From Gammaproteobacteria bacterium (GTDB taxonomy: Bacteria; Pseudomonadota; Gammaproteobacteria; Thiohalomonadales; Thiohalomonadaceae), in assembly GCA_015232955.1 (NCBI GenBank), contig JADFYS010000001.1, positions 1-29,143 of the forward strand: DNA of 29,143 nt. The letters run 5' to 3'. A program made the position numbers and the translations under genes. Under the pieces are notes generated by a model. It saw only the letters and a list, made by a program, of their open reading frames with translations. It ran no database searches and had not been told where the DNA came from. Numbering within the stretch: the first letter of the stretch is position 1; each line of letters opens with the position of its first letter. Of this stretch, positions 25,534-29,143 are shown piece after piece.

Positions 25534-26193
25534 CTAATCGTCAGAAGAGAAACCAAGAAGATGTAGCAGACTGACAAATATGTTGAAAATACTAAGATAT
25601 AGACCGACAGTAACAAAAAGGTAGTTGGTCTCGCCACCATGAATCATTCTGCTAGTGTCATAGAGGATAAAACCGCTCATGATAAGAATGACCACAGAAG
25701 AGATAACCAGAGAAAGCACAGGCATCTCAAGGAAGATATTGGCCAGCGCTGCGATTAGCACCATCATCATTCCAGCAACCAGAAAACCACCCATAAAACT
25801 GAAATCCTTGCGGGTAGTAAGTGCATAAGCCGAAAGCCCAAGAAAGATCATGCCGGTTCCACCGAAAGCAGTAGCAACGATCTGGGGACCGTTGGGCAGA
25901 TTAAGATAGACCGTAAGTAGCGGCCCAAGACCAAAACCGAGCAGACCGGTGATCGCAAACACAACACCAAGACCAGAGGCAGAGTGTGCGGTTTTCGGAA
26001 GAACAAACCACATGAGTAGCATGGCCCCCCCAAGACAGATGAGGTTAGTGATAGGCGGCATCTCCAGCATCGTGGAGAGCCCCGCAGTCAACGCACTGAA
26101 AATCAGGGTCATCGACAGCAGGGTGTAGGTGTTACGGAGGAGCTTATTGGTACTAAGCTCCGAAGGTTGGGATAAGACAGTAGTCTCTTGCAT
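25534..26193 (-). CDS. yccA: Bax inhibitor-1/YccA family membrane protein
   Basis: NKLLRNTY.LLSMTL, ALTTRKDFSFMGGFL, ILYDTSRMIHGGETNY...LYL.IFNIF; CAGGAG SD. Confidence 0.93.
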   Translation of the reverse strand: MQETTVLSQPSELSTNKLLRNTYTLLSMTLIFSALTAGLSTMLEMPPITNLICLGGAMLLMWFVLPKTAHSASGLGVVFAITGLLGFGLGPLLTVYLNLPNGPQIVATAFGGTGMIFLGLSAYALTTRKDFSFMGGFLVAGMMMVLIAALANIFLEMPVLSLVISSVVILIMSGFILYDTSRMIHGGETNYLFVTVGLYLSIFNIFVSLLHLLGFSSDD

Positions 26194-26319
26194 TTGAATT
26201 TCTCCTGAAAATTCTAGAATTGAGTCACTAGGACAGTAGGATAACTATAAAATTCACAAATTCAACCCCAATCTAGTGGTATTGCAGCAGATAATTCGCT
26301 AGAATGCACCCCGCAAATA

Positions 26320-26407
<88 letters not shown>

Positions 26408-26575
26408 TTTCCCCTCCCGACAAAGTTCTCTGAACCACTAGCCACACCCCAAAATTCCAAAAATATTTCAATGCTTTAGAGCGATACATGCGCACCTGCC
26501 CAAATTCGTTCCATCCCGACATTTGCCCGCATTTTCTCTCTTATCCCCCACTATTCTCTGTTACCCCTCTGAGCC

Positions 26576-26611
26576 AGCGTACCTTGGGGTCTGCTTGGTA
26601 CGCTTCTTTTT
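26576..26611 (+). terminator. Terminator-like hairpin downstream of tRNA-Ser
   Basis: AGCGTACC-N13-GGTACGCT followed by TCTTTTT. Confidence 0.45.
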
Positions 26612-26754
26612 CATCGTTTAATCAGTAAGGTACCGATACTGTCCGGAATTATTTCGAACCGCACTATCGCATCCTAACTTGCATGAATGGTGCGGCGTCA
26701 CCCTCGATTATGAAATGTATTTCACGCTAATGATCATGCCAGATACTTGCAGAC

Positions 26755-26790
26755 AACCCCCCTCAATCCCCCCTTGTCAGGGGGGAGGCT
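26755..26790. repeat. REP-like GC-rich palindrome
   Basis: ACCCCCCTCAA-TCCCCCCT-TGTC-AGGGGGGA (8-bp stem). Confidence 0.55.
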
Positions 26791-26814
26791 TTGATGTTCT
26801 CTCCCTGCTAAGGA

Positions 26815-26907
26815 GTAACCGTTTACTCCCCCTTCATTAAATCCCCCTCTCCCATTGGGAGAGGGCCGGGGTGAGGGCTAAAACAGGCCAGGGGAGTGAA
26901 TGGTTAC
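26815..26907. mobile_element. 93-bp IS66-like MITE (copy 2)
   Basis: 88/93 identical to 10662-10754; TIRs 15/17; flanks GCTAAGGA / GCTAATGT match only 5/8. Confidence 0.83.
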
Positions 26908-27002
26908 GCTAATGTATTTCACGCTAAAATCCGCAGTTGGACACCGTGAAACTTGCCCGCGTCTTAACTACCTGAATGATGATGGATTTTTGGGTATTAC
27001 CA

Positions 27003-28208
27003 TTAGCCGGGTTGACCGTCAATGCGCGGCTGCCATAACAGCGGTAGATAGTGCCAACTAAAAATGGCGTAGGCGCCAATCCAGCACCCTTGAGCGAGCT
27101 GCACTGACAGCGGATAGAAGCCTTCGCTCAATTGTGGAAGTAGCAGTCGCAGCAGTAGCGCCAGTAGCAGCAAGATAAAGATCGCACTTAACCCTGAAGG
27201 TGGTCGGTTGATGTCACGACCTGTATGGCCGAGGGTCACTCGCGCCATCATGCCGGTGGTGATTAAGCCGAATGTACCGATCGCAAAGGCGTGCATCGCC
27301 CAGCTGTGGGGGTAGCCAAAAAGGGTCAAAAAGTGGAGCAGAAATCCACCGATCATCGTCAGATAAGCAGCCATGAGAGACCACACCAGAGGCAGACCCC
27401 AGATCTCACGATGGTGCCAGCCGACAAAGCGATAGGCGTGCAGCAGGGCGAGCAACAGGGCCAGAGTCGCAGCCAATATCGGCTGAAGCGCGAAGGCATC
27501 GACGATTGCAAAGGCGGTAAACAGCCACAGTCCGGCTAGATCCACCCAGCGATGGTTTTGTGGCTGAAAACGGCCCTGAAGCCCTCGCTCAATAAAGAAG
27601 GGTACCACTCGGCGGATCATTAACAGCACCAATGCAAGAAGGGTGTAGAAGCCGCTGTAGAGTCCCCACTGCAACCCATGGGGCAGAGTGCCGTTCAGGC
27701 CCAGAAAGAAGAGCAGTTCAGCTACTGCGAGAAAGCCCAGCTTGCCGACAATACTCATCTGATGCCACTGGCGCGCGCGTAGCAGTGGGCTGGCGATGGC
27801 GAGGGTGGCGGCAATGATAAAGGTGACCTGTGAGAGCAGCACCACAGCCCACGGTAACAGTTCGTGCCACCACATCGCCAGTCGTGCCAATAGCCAGAGC
27901 AGCAGCAGGGCGGCAAGGGGGAGATTGCGCAATGTCTGAATTCCGGTCCAGTTCTTGGCCGCGGTGAGCAGAAACCCGACCACTATCGCCAGGGTGAAGC
28001 CGAAGATCATTTCGTGTGCATGCCAGAGGTAGGCCGGCAGGGAGTGGCTCGGAATGAGATTAAAACCGCTGTTCTGAAGCAACCAGAGGGTCATCGCCAC
28101 CAGTGCATAGAGAGAACCAGCGAGAAAAAAGGGACGAAAGCCGAGCTGCCAGAGGGCAAAACGGGGGGGAGGAGTACTGCGCAGGAGATCAGGAGATAAC
28201 AGGGTCAC
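27003..28208 (-). CDS. nnrS: NnrS family heme-copper membrane protein
   Basis: LGFRPFFLAG, WHAHEMIFGF..A...GFLLTA..NWTG, RRVVPFF, MHAFAIG......GMMARVTLGHTGR, PR.DGQPG; GTG start uncertain. Confidence 0.93.
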   Translation of the reverse strand: MTLLSPDLLRSTPPPRFALWQLGFRPFFLAGSLYALVAMTLWLLQNSGFNLIPSHSLPAYLWHAHEMIFGFTLAIVVGFLLTAAKNWTGIQTLRNLPLAALLLLWLLARLAMWWHELLPWAVVLLSQVTFIIAATLAIASPLLRARQWHQMSIVGKLGFLAVAELLFFLGLNGTLPHGLQWGLYSGFYTLLALVLLMIRRVVPFFIERGLQGRFQPQNHRWVDLAGLWLFTAFAIVDAFALQPILAATLALLLALLHAYRFVGWHHREIWGLPLVWSLMAAYLTMIGGFLLHFLTLFGYPHSWAMHAFAIGTFGLITTGMMARVTLGHTGRDINRPPSGLSAIFILLLLALLLRLLLPQLSEGFYPLSVQLAQGCWIGAYAIFSWHYLPLLWQPRIDGQPG

Positions 28209-28303
28209 GATTGAGCGTCTCTTATTTTATTCGGTTCGTCGGTAAACACCACGCAGCTGCGATAGGCGGTCCGTAAAGCTGAACTCTACCGCTGCGGTTA
28301 TCA

Positions 28304-28456
28304 ATAACCCAGGAACCCTGAAAACGCTGGTTCCAGAAAGCAGATAAGGGCGACTCTTCTCGGCTCTGGCTCCTGCTTCGCACTACCTTCTGCATCCTTG
28401 CAGTCGTGCGTGATGTAGCCTTTGAATAGCCACACTTCTCAACCCCCTTGGGTATA
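28304..28456 (+). mobile_element. TACCC-family MITE (copy B, about 150 bp, both ends present)
   Basis: Left end ATAACCCAGGAACCCTGAAAACGC, right end CTTGGGTATA; about 100 bp aligns ungapped with 29019 onward at roughly 85-90% identity. Confidence 0.75.
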
Positions 28457-28513
28457 ACGCTAATTCTGCTATGATGGGCATCCGCTGATCATACCATATC
28501 ATCCTCAATACTC

Positions 28514-29011
28514 ATGGCCAAGGTTACCCTTCTCGACACCCCGTTTAACCCCGAAGCTGCTCAGCTCCGTTTTCGCTCTGGACGCCCCGATTGCGGTGCG
28601 GTGGTCAGTTTTTTGGGCCAGATGCGGGATCTCAACGACGGCGAATCGGTGCAGTCGATGTTTCTTGAACACTACCCAGGGATGACCGAAAAGGCGCTTG
28701 CAGAGATCATCGCCACCGCAGAGCAGCGCTGGCCCGTGGCAGCGATTGAGGTGATTCACCGGGTTGGCACACTGCAGCCGGAAGAGCCGATTGTGCTGGT
28801 GTTGGTGGCCGGTACCCATCGAAGTGAGTGCTTTCGCGCCTGTGAGTTTGTCATCGACTATCTAAAGACCGCAGCACCTTTCTGGAAAAAGGAGGTGACC
28901 GCAGCCGGAGAAGGACGCTGGGTGGATGAGCGGCAGAGCGATCACGCTGCCAGTGAGCGCTGGCGTGACGAACTCACAGGGGGAGCTCCTGCCGCCACTC
29001 CATTACGGTGA
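28514..29011 (+). CDS. moaE: Molybdopterin synthase catalytic subunit
   Basis: GAVVSF.GQMRD, FLEHYPGMTEK.L, VIHRVG.L, HRSECF.ACEFVIDYLKT.APFWKKE. Confidence 0.95.
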   Translation: MAKVTLLDTPFNPEAAQLRFRSGRPDCGAVVSFLGQMRDLNDGESVQSMFLEHYPGMTEKALAEIIATAEQRWPVAAIEVIHRVGTLQPEEPIVLVLVAGTHRSECFRACEFVIDYLKTAAPFWKKEVTAAGEGRWVDERQSDHAASERWRDELTGGAPAATPLR

Positions 29012-29016
29012 CGGCA

Positions 29017-29143
29017 TATACCCAAGATACCTGGAAACGCTGGTCCCAGAAAGCCGAAAAGTTCGACTCTTCTCGGCTCTTGCTCCTGCTTCGCCCTACC
29101 TCCTGCATCCATGCAGTCGTGCATTTTCTGCATTCCGTCCATC
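29017..29143 (+). mobile_element. TACCC-family MITE (copy C, runs off window)
   Basis: TA-TACCCAAGATACCTGGAAACGC 5 nt after the moaE stop; homologous to copies A and B. Confidence 0.78.

Larger units (their letters stand above)
26670..26939 (-). repeat. Repeat family D, copy 2, interrupted by an insert between 17-bp direct repeats
   Basis: 26670-26730 is about 90% identical to the reverse complement of 271-331. AATGTATTTCACGCTAA occurs at 26714 and 26911; the second copy continues AATCCGCAGTTG as in the 265 and 9499 copies. Confidence 0.7.

Noticed and set aside
28942-29142. ORF MDGMQKMHDCMDAGGRAKQEQEPRR
   Set aside because: Translation of the MITE GGA-hairpin module running antisense into moaE; repeat-derived.

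Overview
Chromosomal window (roughly mid-50s % GC by eye) from a diazotrophic gammaproteobacterium. The Azotobacter-type NifL-NifA and nif-type Rnf resemble Chromatiales/Sedimenticola-like organisms, but the taxonomy is inferred. Left to right: 5' part of a RidA gene; a complete nif-type rnfABCDGEH operon (minus) divergent from nifLA (plus), sharing a 417-bp spacer with two sigma54 promoters and three TGT-N10-ACA NifA sites; a Rieske ferredoxin and YchJ; a three-gene module (CHASE2 adenylate cyclase divergent from a predicted outer-membrane beta-barrel and a Tat-signal FecR-like Cys/His protein); grxD, exported msrAB and DUF3301; the housekeeping yceD-rpmF-plsX-fabH-fabD-fabG-acpP-fabF-pabC-mltG cluster; a small membrane protein, yccA and tRNA-Ser(TGA); nnrS and moaE. 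No transposase, integrase, phage gene or CRISPR array is present. Many intergenic spaces hold short non-autonomous elements of at least four families: IS4-like with a 10-bp TSD, IS66-like with an 8-bp TSD, a TA-flanked TACCC family, and an unassigned family. Some are nested. Best leads: (i) two unrelated MITE families carry C-ANGGAY-G hexaloop hairpins matching the CsrA/RsmA site and lie sense-strand upstream of stress genes (msrAB, nnrS); (ii) a putative trans-envelope barrel/FecR-like/CHASE2-cyclase signalling system; (iii) a bidirectional NifA enhancer that may autoregulate nifLA. All calls come from manual reading; no database searches were run.
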